DNA from: Eledone cirrhosa
Lineage: Eukaryota
Reading direction: 5' to 3'
Length of the DNA: 64,000 nt
NCBI GenBank assembly: GCA_964016885.1
Contig: OZ024758.1
Span: 27,900,001-27,964,000 of the forward strand
Part shown: in pieces, positions 49,301-64,000 of the stretch
How positions within the stretch are numbered: position 1 is the stretch's first letter
Layout of the letters: each line of letters opens with the position of its first letter
The notes under the pieces: model-generated
The model's database searches: none
What the model saw: the letters and a program-made list of their open reading frames with translations, nothing else
Told to the model about the DNA's origin: nothing
Program-made: the position numbers and the translations under genes

Positions 49301-52300
49301 ACCTTAACATTTGCAGCATGTACTACCACACACACACCTATCACACCTTAACATTTGCAGCATGTACTACCACACACACATCTATCACACCTTAACATTT
49401 GCAGCATGTACTACCACACACACATCTACCACACCTTAACATTTGCAGCATGTACTACCACACACACACCTACCACACCTTAACATTTGCAGCATGTACT
49501 ACCACACACACATCTATCACATCTTAACATTTGCAGCATGTACGACCACACACACCTACCACACCTTAACATTTGCAGCATGTACTACCACACACACACC
49601 TATCACACCTTAACATTTGCAGCATGTACTACCACACACACATCTACCACACCTTAACATTTGCAGCATGTACTACCACACACACACCTACCACACCTTA
49701 ACATTTGCAGCATGTACTACCACACACACATCTATCACACCTTAACATTTGCAGCATGTACGACCACACACACCTACCACACCTTAACATTTGCAGCATG
49801 TACTACCACACACACACCTATCACACCTTAACATTTGCAGCATGTACTACCACACACACATCTACCACACCTTAACATTTGCAGCATGTACTACCACACA
49901 CACACCTACCACACCTTAACATTTGCAGCATGTACTACCACACACACATCTAACACACCTTAACATTTGCAGCATGTACTACCACACACACACCTATCAC
50001 ACCTTAACATTTGCAGCATGTACTACCACACACACATATACCACACCTTAACATTTGCAGCATGTACTACCACACACACACACCTATCACACCTTAACAT
50101 TTGCAGCATGTACTACCACACACACATCTATCACACCTTAACATTTGCAGCATGTACAACCACACACACCTACCACACCTTAACATTTGCAGCATGTACT
50201 ACCACACACACACCTATCACACCTTAACATTTGCAGCATGTACTACCACACACACATATACCACACCTTAACATTTGCAGCATGTACTACCACACACACA
50301 CCTACCACACCTTAACATTTGCAGCATGTACTACCACACACACACCTATCACACCTTAACATTTGCAGCATGTACTACCACACACACCTACCACACCTTA
50401 ACATTTGCAGCATGTACTACCACACACACACGTCTATCACACCTTAACATTTGCAGCATGTACTACCACACACACGTCTATCACACCTTAACATTTGCAG
50501 CATGTACTACCACACACACACCTATCACACCTTAACATTTGCAGCATGTACTACCACACACACATATACCACACCTTAACATTTGCAGCATGTACTACCA
50601 CACACACACCTACCACACCTTAACATTTGCAGCATGTACTACCACACACACACCTATCACACCTTAACATTTGCAGCATGTACTACCACACACACCTACC
50701 ACACCTTAACATTTGCAGCATGTACTACCACACACACACGTCTATCACACCTTAACATTTGCAGCATGTACTACCACACACACGTCTATCACACCTTAAC
50801 ATTTGCACCATGTACTACCACACACACAGCTACCACACCTTAACATTTGCAGCATGTACTACCACACACACACCTACCACACCTTAACATTTGCAGCATG
50901 TACTACCACACACACGTCTATCACACCTTAACATTTGCAGCATGTACAACCACACACACATCTACCACACCTTAACATTTGCAGCATGTACAACCACACA
51001 CACATCTACCACACCTTAACATTTGCAGCATATACTACCACACACACATATACCACACCTTAACATTTGCAGCATGTACTACCACACACACGTCTATCAC
51101 ACCTTAACATTTGCAGCATGTACTACCACACACACCTACCACACCTTAACATTTGCAGCATGTACTACCACACACACCTACCACACCTTAACATTTGCAG
51201 CATGTACTACCACACACACCTACCACACCTTAACATTTGCAGCATGTACTACCACACACACATATAACACACCTTAACATTTGCAGCATGTACTACCACA
51301 CACACGTCTAACACACCTTAACATTTGCAGCATGTACTACCACACACACATCTACCACACCTTAACATTTGCAGCATGTACTACCACACACACACCTACC
51401 ACACCTTAACATTTGCAGCATGTACTACCACACACACCTACCACACCTTAACATTTGCAGCATGTACTACCACACACACGTCTATCACACCTTAACATTT
51501 GCAGCATGTACTACCACACACATCTACCACACCTTAACATTTGCAGCATGTACTACCACACACACATCTACCACACCTTAACATTTGCAGCATGTACTAC
51601 CACACACACATCTACCACACCTTAACATTTGCAGCATATACTACCACACACACATCTACCACACCTTAACATCTGCAGCATGTACTACCACACACACACC
51701 TACCACACCTTAACATTTGCAGCATGTACTACCACACACACATATAACACACCTTAACATTTGCAGCATGTACTACCACACACACACCTACCACACCTTA
51801 ACATTTGCAGCATGTACTACCACACACACACCTACCACACCTTAACATTTGCAGCATGTACTACCACACACACATATAACACACCTTAACATTTGCAGCA
51901 TGTACTACCACACACACATATAACACACCTTAACATTTGCAGCATGTACTACCACACACACACCTACCACACCTTAACATTTGCAGCATGTACTACCACA
52001 CACACATCTATCACACCTTAACATTTGCAGCATGTACTACCACACACACATCTATCACACCTTAACATTTGCAGCATGTACTACCACACACACATCTAAC
52101 ACACCTTAACATTTGCAGCATGTACTACCACACACACATCTATCACACCTTAACATTTGCAGCATGTACTACCACACACATCTATCACACCTTAACATTT
52201 GCAGCATGTACTACCACACACACATATAACACACCTTAACATTTGCAGCATGTACTACCACACACACATCTACCACACCTTAACATTTGCACCATGTACT

Positions 52301-55300
52301 ACCACACACACATCTATCACACCTTAACGTTTGTAGCATGTACTACCACACACACATATAACACACCTTAACATTTGCAGCATGTACTACCACACACACA
52401 CACACCTATCACACCTTAACATTTGCAGCATGTACTACCACACACACATATACCACACCTTAACATTTGCAGCATGTACTACCACACACACACATCTACC
52501 ACACCTTAACATTTGCAACATGTACTACCACACACACACATCTACCACACCTTAACATTTGCAGCATGTACTACCACACACACACATCTACCACACCTTA
52601 ACATTTGCAGCATGTACTACCACACACACATCTATCACACCTTAACATTTGCAGCATGTACTACCACACACACACCTATCACACCTTAACATTTGCAGCA
52701 TGTACTACCACACACACATCTACCACACCTTAACATTTGCAGCATGTACTACCACACACACATCTATCACACCTTAACATTTGCAGCATGTACTACCACA
52801 CACACATCTACCACACCTTAACATTTGCAGCATGTACTACCACACACACCTACCACACCTTAACATTTGCAGCATGTACTACCACACACACATCTATCAC
52901 ACCTTAACATTTGCAGCATGTACTACCACACACACATCTACCACACCATAACATTTGCAGCATGTACTACCACACACACATCTACCACACCTTAACATTT
53001 GCACCATGTACTACCACACACACATATAACACACCTTAACATTTGCAGCATGTACTACCACACACACATCTATCACACCTCAACATTTGCAGCATGTACT
53101 ACCACACACACATCTACCACACCTTAACATTTGCAGCATGTACTACCACACACACATTAACATTTGCAGCATGTACTACCACACACACCTCTACCACACC
53201 TTAACATTTGCAGCATGTACTACCACACACACATCTATCACACCTTAACATTTGCAGCATGTACTACCACACACACACCTATCACACCTTAACATTTGCA
53301 GCATGTACTACCACACACACATATAACACACCTTAACATTTGCAGCATGTACTACCACACACACACATCTACCACACCTTAACATTTGCAGCATGTACTA
53401 CCACACACACATCTATCACACCTTAACATTTGCAGCATGTACTACCACACACACCTCTATCAGACCTTAACATTTGCAGCATGTACTACCACACACACAT
53501 CTACCACACCTTAACATTTGCAGCATGTACTACCACACACACATATAACACACCTTAACATTTGCAGCATGTACTACCACACACACATCTACCACACCTT
53601 AACATTTGCAGCATGTACTACCACACACACATATAACACACCTTAACATTTGCAGCATGTACTACTACACACACATCTATCACACCTTAACATTTGCAGC
53701 ATGTACTACCACACACACACCTACCACACCTTAACATTTGCAGCATGTACTACCACACACACACCTATCATACCTTAACATTTGCAGCATGTACTACCAC
53801 ACACACACCTACCACACCTTAACATTTGCAGCATGTACTACCACACACACACATCTACCACAACTTAACATTTGCAGCATGTACTACCACACACACACAT
53901 CTACCACACCTTAACATTTGCAGCATGTACTACCACACACACACCTACCACAACTTAACATTTGCAGCATGTACTACCACACACACACATCTACCACAAC
54001 TTAACATTTGCAGCATGTACTACCACACACACATCTATCACACCTTAACATTTGCAGCATGTACTACCACACACACATCTATCACACCTTAACATTTGCA
54101 GCATGTACTACCACACACACATCTATCACACCTTAACATTTGCAGCATGTACTACCACACACACACCTATCACACCTTAACATTTGCAGCATGTACTACC
54201 ACACACACACATCTATCACACCTTAACCTTTGCAGCATGTACTACCACACACACACCTACCACACCTTAACATTTGCAGCATGTACTACCACACACACAT
54301 ATAACACACCTTAACATTTGCAGCATGTACTACCACACACACATATAACACACCTTAACATTTGCAGCATGTACTACCACACACACACCTACCACACCTT
54401 AACATTTGCAGCATGTACTACCACACACACATATACCACACCTTAACATTTGCAGCATGTACTACCACACACACACATCTACCACACCTTAACATTTGCA
54501 GCATGTACTACCACACACACATCTAACACACCTTAACATTTGCAGCATGTACTACCACACACACATCTAACACACCTTAACATTTGCAGCATGTACTACC
54601 ACACACACATCTACGACACCTTAACATTTGCAGCATGTACTACCACACACACATCTATCACACCTTAACATTTGCAGCATGTACTACCACACACACATCT
54701 ACGACACCTTAACATTTGCAGCATGTACTACCACACACACATCTACCACACCTTAACATTTGCAGCATGTACTACCACACACACGTCTATCACACCTTAA
54801 CATTTGCAGCATGTACTACTACACACACACCTACCACACCTTAACATTGGCAGCATGTACTACCACACACACATCTAACACACTTTAACATTTGCAGCAT
54901 GTACTACCACACACACACCTATCACACCTTAACATTTGCAGCATGTACTACTACACACACACCTACCACACCTTAACATTGGCAGCATGTACTACTACAC
55001 ACACACCTACCACACCTTAACATTTGCAGCATGTACTACCACACACACACCTACCACACCTTAACATTTGCAGCATGTACTACCACACACACACCTATCA
55101 CACCTTAACATTTGCAGCATGTACTACCACACACACATATACCACACCTTAACATTTGCAGCATGTACTACCACACACACATATACCACACCTTAACATT
55201 TGCAGCATGTACTACCACACACACACATCTATCACACCTTAACATTTGCAGCATGTACTACCACACACACACCTATCATACCTTAACATTTGCAGCATGT

Positions 55301-58300
55301 ACTACCACACACACATATACCACACCTTAACATTTGCAGCATGTACTACCACACACACACCCACCTATCACACCTTAACATTTGCAGCATGTACTACCAC
55401 ACACACACATATAACACACCTTAACATTTGCAGCATGTACTACCACACACACACCCACCTATCACACCTTAACATTGGCAGCATGTACTACCACACACAC
55501 ATCTATCACACCTTAACATTTGCAGCATGTACTACCACACACACATATAACACACCTTAACATTTGCAGCATGTACTACCACACACACATATATCACACC
55601 TTAACATTGGCAGCATGTACTACCACACACACATCTATCACACCTTAACATTTGCAGCATGTACTACCACACACACATCTATCACACCTTAACATTTGCA
55701 GCATGTACTACCACACACACACCTACCACACCTTAACATTTGCAGCATGTACTACCACACACACATCTAACACACCTTAACATTTGCAGCATGTACTACC
55801 ACACACACATATATCACACCTTAACATTTGCAGCATGTACTACCACACATACACATCTACCACACCTTAACATTTGCAGCATGTACTACCACACACACAT
55901 CTATCACACCTTAACATTTGCAGCATGTACTACCACACACACACCTACCACACCTTAACATTTGCAGCATGTACTACCACACACACATATAACACACCTT
56001 AACATTTGCAGCATGTACTACCACACACACATATATCACACCTTAACATTGGCAGCATGTACTACCACACACACATCTATCACACCTTAACATTTGCAGC
56101 ATGTACTACCACACACACATCTATCACACCTTAACATTTGCAGCATGTACTACCACACACACACGTCTATCACACCTTAACATTTGCAGCATGTACTACC
56201 ACACACACATCTATCACACCTTAACATTTGCAGCATGTACTACCACACACACACATCTATCACACCTTAACATTTGCAGCATGTACTACCACACACACAT
56301 CTATCACACCTTAACATTTGCAGCATGTACTACCACACACACATCTATCACACCTTAACATTTGCAGCATGTACTACCACACACACATCTATCACACCTT
56401 AACATTTGCAGCATGTACTACCACACACATCTATCACACCTTAACATTTACAGCATGTACTACCACACACACATCTATCACACCTTAACATTTGCAGCAT
56501 GTACTACCACACACACACCTACCACACCTTAACATTTGCAGCATGTACTACCACACACACATATATCACACCTTAACATTGGCAGCATGTACTACCACAC
56601 ACACATCTATCACACCTTAACATTTGCAGCATGTACTACCACACACACATCTATCACACCTTAACATTTGCAGCATGTACTACCACACACACATCTACCA
56701 CACCTTAACATTTGCAGCATGTACTACCACACACACATATAACACACCTTAACATTTGCAGCATGTACTACCACACACACATATATCACACCTTAACATT
56801 TGCAGCATGTACTACCACACACACACCTACCACACCTTAACATTTGCAGCATGTACTACCACACACACATATAACACACCTTAACATTTGCAGCATGTAC
56901 TACCACACACACATATATCACACCTTAACATTGGCAGCATGTACTACCACACACACATCTATCACACCTTAACATTTGCAGCATGTACTACCACACACAC
57001 ATATAACACACCTTAACATTTGCAGCATGTACTACCACACACACATCTATCACACCTTAACATTTGCAGCATGTACTACCACACACACATCTATCACACC
57101 TTAACATTTGCAGCATGTACTACCACACACACACCTACCACACCTTAACATTTGCAGCATGTACTACCACACACACATATAACACACCTTAACATTTGCA
57201 GCATGTACTACCACACACACATCTATCACACCTTAACATTTGCAGCATGTACTACCACACACACATCTACCACACCTTAACATTTGCAGCATGTACTACC
57301 ACACACACATATAACACACCTTAACATTTGCAGCATGTACTACCACACACACATCTATCACACCTTAACATTTGCAGCATGTACTACCACACACACATCT
57401 ATCACACCTTAACATTTGCAGCATGTACTACCACACCTTAACATTTGCAGCATGTACTACCACACACACATATAACACACCTTAACATTTGCAGCATGTA
57501 CTACCACACACACATATATCACACCTTAACATTGGCAGCATGTACTACCACACACACATCTATCACACCTTAACATTTGCAGCATGTACTACCACACACA
57601 CATATAACACACCTTAACATTTGCAGCATGTACTACCACACACACATATATCACACCTTAACATTGGCAGCATGTACTACCACACACACATCTATCACAC
57701 CTTAACATTTGCAGCATGTACTACCACACACACATATAACACACCTTAACATTTGCAGCATGTACTACCACACACACATATATCACACCTTAACATTGGC
57801 AGCATGTACTACCACACACACATCTATCACACCTTAACATTTGCAGCATGTACTACCACACACACATATAACACACCTTAACATTTGCAGCATGTACTAC
57901 CACACACACATCTACCACACCTTAACATTTGCAGCATGTACTACCACACACACATATAACACACCTTAACATTTGCAGCATGTACTACCACACACACATA
58001 TATCACACCTTAACATTGGCAGCATGTACTACCACACACACATCTATCACACCTTAACATTTGCAGCATGTACTACCACACACACATATAACACACCTTA
58101 ACATTTGCAGCATGTACTACCACACACACATCTACCACACCTTAACATTTGCAGCATGTACTACCACACACACATCTATCACACCTTAACATTTGCAGCA
58201 TGTACTACCACACACACCTCTATCACACCTTAACATTTGCAGCATGTACTACCACACACACATCTACCACACCTTAACATTTGCAGCATGTACTACCACA

Positions 58301-61300
58301 CACACACATCTATCACACCTTAACATTTGCAGCATGTACTACCACACACACATCTACCACACCTTAACATTTGCAGCATGTACTACCACACACACATCTA
58401 CCACACCTTAACATTTGCAGCATGTACTACCACACACACACGTCTATCACACCTTAACATTTGCAGCATGTACTACCACACACACATATAACACACCTTA
58501 ACATTTGCAGCATGTACTACCACACACACACACCTATCACACCTTAACATTTGCAGCATGTACTACCACACACACATATAACACACCTTAACATTTGCAG
58601 CATGTACTACCACACACACACATCTACCACACCTTAACATTTGCAGCATGTACTACCACACACACATCTATCACACCTTAACATTTGCTGCATGTAGTAC
58701 CACACACACACCTACCACACCTTAACATTTGCAGCATGTACTACCACACACACATCTACCACACCTTAACATTTGCAGCATGTACTACCACACACACACC
58801 TACCACACCTTAACATTGGCAGCATGTACTACCACACACACACCTACCACACCTTAACATTGGCAGCATGTACTACCACACACACACCTACCACACCTTA
58901 ACATTTGCAGCATGTACTACCACACACACATATAACACACCTTAACATTTGCAGCATGTACTACCACACACACACATCTACCACACCTTAACATTTGCAG
59001 CATGTACTACCACACACACATCTATCACACCTTAACATTTGCAGCATGTACTACCACACACACATCTATCACACCTTAACATTTGCAGCATGTACTACCA
59101 CACACACACGTCTATCACACCTTAACATTTGCAGCATGTACTACCACACACACATCTACCACACCTTAACATTTGCAGCATGTACTACCACACACACACA
59201 CCTACCACACCTTAACATTTGCAGCATGTACTACCACACACACATATAACACACCTTAACATTTGCAGCATGTACTACCACACACACATATAACACACCT
59301 TAACATTTGCAGCATGTACTACCACACACATCTACCACACCTTAACATTTGCAGCATGTACTACCACACACATCTACCACACCTTAACATTTGCAGCATG
59401 TACTACCACACACATCTACCACACCTTAACATTTGCAGCATGTACTACCACACATACCTACCACACCTTAACATTTGCAGCATGTACTACCACACACATC
59501 TACCACACCTTAACATTTGCAGCATGTACTACCACACATACCTACCACACCTTAACATTTGCAGCATGTACTACCACACACACATCTATCACACCTTAAC
59601 ATTTGCAGCATGTACTACCACACACATCTACCACACCTTAACATTTGCAGCATGTACTACCACACACACATCTACCACACCTTAACATTTGCAGCATGTA
59701 CTACCACACACATCTACCACACCTTAACATTTGCAGCATGTACTACCACACACACATCTATCACACCTTAACATTTGCAGCATGTACTACCACACACACA
59801 TCTAACACACCTTAACATTTGCAGCATGTACTACCACACACACATCTACCACACCTTAACATTTGCAGCATGTACTACCACACACACATCTATCACACCT
59901 TAACATTTGCAGCATGTACTACCACACACACACCTACCACACCTTAACATTTGCAGCATGTACTACCACACACACATCTACCACACCTTAACATTTGCAG
60001 CATGTACTACCACACACACATATAACACACCTTAACATTTGCAGCATGTACTACCACACACACACCTATCACACCTTAACATTTGCAGCATGTACTACCA
60101 CACACACATCTACCACACCTTAACATTTGCAGCATGTACTACCACACACACATCTACCACACCTTAACATTTGCAGCATGTACTACCACACACACATCTA
60201 CCACACCTTAACATTTGCAGCATGTACTACCACACACACATCTACCACACCTTAACATTTGCAGCATGTACTACCACACACACACCTATCACACCTTAAC
60301 ATTTGCAGCATGTACTACCACACACACATCTACCACACCTTAACATTTGCAGCATGTACTACCACACACACATATAACACACCTTAACATTTGCAGCATG
60401 TACTACCACACACACATATAACACAAATGTAGAGCAGGTTGGTCATGTTACTTAATCCATGTGAATGTTGGGTCCTGTCAGAAGGACCCGTCTCCAACTG
60501 ATACAGCTGGATCCTCAAGTGAGACCAGCCAAGCTCATAGGTGTTATCCAACCATCTTGCCTAGGGTCTCTCTCATCTCAAAGCTACACACTCTATTGAG
60601 TAACATTACTCCAAGGACTCTTCATAGGAACCCTTTTTCAGCTGCTTGAAAAAAAAAATATGCCTCAAATTATAAAACATTGAGTATTTATCATTGCTTC
60701 AGCCTGAAGTAGATGGCATTGAAGGAATGAAATGTTAACTTAATAAGGTAAAGGGTTAAGCCCCCCATGTGATTTAAACCTGGAAAGTTCTCCTCCCAGG
60801 CAAGGTGTGTTTGTGGAAGACCACCAGTCTCCCATCCATACCAGTCACCCCTCTTCACACTGTTAATGTTGTCCAAGGGAAAGGCAATGGCCGATACAGC
60901 TTGTTACCAGTGGCGTCACAACTCATTTCTACAGCTGAGTCAACTGTAGCAACGTGAAATAAAGTATTTTACTTGTCCAAGGACACAACACATCACCTAG
61001 TCCGAGAATCAAACTCACAACCTCAGGATTGCAAGACCAATGCTCTACCAACTAAGCTATACACCTTCACTAAATTTAATAAGTACAAGTAAATTGTAGA
61101 AATAATTACCTCTCATGAATTCTTTTTCAAAACAGATGAGATCTTCAACCACCTAATAAAGAACAAATATAATTGAAGATGAAACTTGTCAATTGGTGGC
61201 TTTAATAACATATATTGGTAATTACATTAATAAATTAAATTATTTATCCAGCTACATATATAGCTATTTTATGAATGTCAGAGTATTTTATATCATCATC

Positions 61301-63917
61301 ATCGTTTAATGTCCATTTTTCCATGCTAACGTGGGTTAGACAGGTTGTCCTGTGTGAGGCAAGTTGGGTCAGGTGATCGTGTCTTGTTCACACAGAACTG
61401 TTTCTAGCTTGGTTTCTATGGCTGGATGCCCTTCTTAGCACAACCACATTTACAGTATGTGTAATTCTTTAATTCGAGAATGTTAACATTTTGGAAATTG
61501 CATTCATGCTTCTAAATAATTAAAATCATTTATCCAGCTACATTTATAGCTATTTTGTGAATGTTCAAGTATTTTATATCATCATCATCATCCAGTCTAC
61601 CTTGTAAGGTGGTAGTACTGGTGCCACAACAAAAACATCCAGTCTACCCTGTAAGGTGGTAGTACTGGTGCCACAACAAAAACAACCACTCCACCCTAGA
61701 GAAGTTGAAATCTTGTATACAAATATATACTTTATTTGCTAACTAGAGCAGGGGTTCTCAAAGTGTGCTCTACCACCGCCAGGGGGCACTGGTGGCAGTA
61801 GAGATGATATAATAGTATATTAAATATCAAATGATACATCATCATCATCATCATCATCGTTTAACGTCCATCTTCCACGCTAGCATGGGTTTGGACGGGA
61901 ATTTTCCCACTTGAGGCAAGATTGGTTGTCTTGCTCGTATATAGGACTGTCTGGCAGGTTTTCTACGGCTAGATGCCCTTCCTAACACCAACCACGTTTA
62001 CAGTGTGGACTGGGAGGTTTTTACCGCGTTACCTACACGGCCACATTACAGCGTGGACTGTGTTTTTTTTTGTCGTGACACCTACACGCCCTCATTTGTT
62101 TCGGACTGGATGCTGTGGTACCAACATAACTTTACATTGGAAGGGGTGGTGTGGATGGGGTGGAGGTAGTGGGGCCGGGGTGTATTTTTGTTAGAGGTGC
62201 CTACTGACTGTAGGTTTTGCTTTGTACTTAGGCAAGGCGGGTCTTCTGAATTACTGTGTATCACCAAAGATCTCGGTCCAGTGACATTGTCTTGGAGAGG
62301 TGTAAGACGTTATATCTAAATATAGGAAAATAAAAAATATATAATATATATTTATACATAGTACATAGTATATATTATATTATTTATATATGAATTAACG
62401 ATTTTATTTATTATATATTTACATTATGCGTGTAGGCAGGTACCTCTGGAAATAGGGTTGGTGGGTGCTGAGGGTTAGGGTTAAGGTTAGGCCGTGAGGG
62501 GGTGGTGGCCTAAAAAGTTTGAGAGCTTCTGATATAGAGTATTGTGACTGTTGATACAGATATTAACAATGACACATTAACAATGACACAACAAACTTAA
62601 GATTATGTGCTATTACCCAGCACATCAGCTATATGCTCTAAATTATATATCATATATATCATAGATGTGCAATGTCTATGTGTGTGAATAACCAAGCATA
62701 GATGAGTTGAGAGAGAAACTGTGTACAAGAGGGATAAACTGTAGTGCGCAGGAGAGCAGACTGTGTTGGTATGGACATGTGATGCGCATGGAGGATGACC
62801 GCTGGGTGAAGAAGTGCCAAGATATCCCGGTGGAAGGTAGACGTAATAGAGGAAGACCACAAAAAACATGGGCGGAGGTGACGAGAGCTGACCCAAGATC
62901 GCTGAAGCTCACAGAGGAGATGACGAAGGACCGCAGCAAATGGAGAGATGCTGTGCTGAAGAGGACCTGTCCCACTCTTGCAAGCAAGGAAAAGCGGATG
63001 TAAATTGATGATGATATTTTTTAATATAAGCCAACCCCACTATATTATGTCTGAAAAATGGGCAGAAATTCAAACCTTATTTGCATAGAATTAACTCTTT
63101 AAGATTAAAACTGGCTGTGTACGGCCAGAATTCTCTCACCTCTTTCTGTTCAAACCAGCTGTAACCGGATGCTCATACTTATGTTAAGGTATTTTTCTCA
63201 AAATAAATAATATCAAAATCTCATAGATTTAATATTATGTAAGGTAAAGCCTTTACCGTGAAAATACAATAGTAAATATAGAGTAATGTAAAAGCTAAAG
63301 GATTAAAAGTTGGTGAAAATTGTCAAAATATTGACCCCAAATATAAGCTGACCCACTTCTACCATCGATTATTTGGTCACACATTCCTCTGCTTATACTT
63401 GAATATAAACAGTTACTTATTCTTTTCAAAAAGTGAATGTTACAGATATAATTCTATTTTAAAAAGTTTAAATTCTCTCCCTTGTACACGAGGGTCAGTT
63501 GAAAAGTTCATAGGCTGACCAAGATACTCTCATGGAATGACAAATGAGGTTTATTTTCAACATAGTCCTTGGAAAGAAACAATGCAGTTATTTATAAGAA
63601 GAGTTGGAATTAATGCATGCAAGATTTCACAGCTCTAGCATCAATCCTTCATAGTTAACTTATGAACTTTTGAACTGAACCTCATAGATGAATTATTTCC
63701 CAACACAATTTAATACACAAGCAGTATTAAAATATTTATATTTGATACATACTGTACCCATTTTTGGTCGATGCTTTCTTGTTTGAGAGATGCATTTGAA
63801 AGCTAAGTCGAATAAGTTAATAATCAAATTCTTTGACTCGCATTCAATTCTTTTATCACTTTCTTGAAACCACTTCTGTTTTGGTTTATTTTCTAAAGAA
63901 ATCTCTATTTGTTCGAC
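45870..63917 (-). CDS. IRAK/Pelle-like Ser/Thr kinase, 3' part (last three exons); gene continues beyond the window
   Basis: Exons 63917-63753, 61152-61110 and 46357-45870 have canonical AG/GT sites and compatible phases. They give ...LIINLFDLAFKCISQTRKHRPKMGTVVEDLICFEKEFMRD... (kinase subdomain XI of IRAK/Pelle/RLK type) followed by an acidic Ser-rich tail. Confidence 0.72.
46875..60424. repeat. Intronic satellite array, 44-bp modal unit (42-48), roughly 300 copies, ~13.5 kb
   Basis: Unit ctatcacaccttaacatttgcagcatgtactaccacacacacat; length varies with the (CA)n run. Confidence 0.98.
61110..61152 (-). CDS. IRAK-like kinase exon (VVEDLICFEKEFMR)
   Basis: ctttattag|GTGGTT...AGAG|gtaatt, 43 nt, phase 0 in and phase 1 out. 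Confidence 0.72.
62660..63015 (+). mobile_element. RTE-type LINE 3' end with (GAT)n tail
   Basis: ORF 62707..63003: RLCWYGHVMRMEDDRWVKKC...GRRNRGRPQKTW. Confidence 0.85.
63753..63917 (-). CDS. IRAK-like kinase exon (VEQIEISL...LAFKCISQTRKHRPKMGT)
   Basis: ttttcccag|GTCGAA...GGTACA|gtatgt on - strand, 165 nt open. Confidence 0.8.
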
Positions 63918-64000
63918 CTGGGAAAATAAATAAATAAATTTATAGCAATATAATAATAATAATAATAATAATAATAAAATTATTGTGTACAGTGCTCAGG

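Noticed and set aside
46875-60424. CRISPR-like array or His/Thr-rich repeat protein
   Set aside because: The variable parts are only (CA)n slippage and point variants rather than unique spacers; no cas genes; the 44-bp unit is not a multiple of 3 and contains stops
62470-62492. Telomeric TTAGGG repeat
   Set aside because: Only about three degenerate units; not a telomere or a meaningful interstitial array

Overview
AT-rich, repeat-dense eukaryotic DNA. The SINE families resemble octopod cephalopod SINEs (inferred from recall, not a database search). I find two protein-coding genes in tail-to-tail orientation. (1) A complete 10-exon SEC13 on the + strand (15141-36397; 936 nt, 311 aa), with an ATG-only first coding exon and one GC-AG intron. 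(2) The last three exons of an IRAK/Pelle-like kinase on the - strand (63917-45870); its final intron holds a ~13.5 kb 44-bp satellite. The rest is mostly tRNA-derived SINEs, TTAA (piggyBac-type) and mariner-type MITEs, non-autonomous Helitrons, RTE/CR1/CRE LINE remnants and several minisatellites. The most unusual signal is a set of sequence-distinct minimal type I hammerhead ribozyme motifs (Penelope-like), each next to a (TA)n tract and mostly within or next to fold-back inverted repeats. Other highlights are possible deep SEC13-IRAK microsynteny with human 3p25.3, a CREB3/CrebA-type site in the SEC13 promoter, and a direct-repeat-flanked 700-bp palindrome. Nearly all long ORFs in the supplied track are repeat artefacts.
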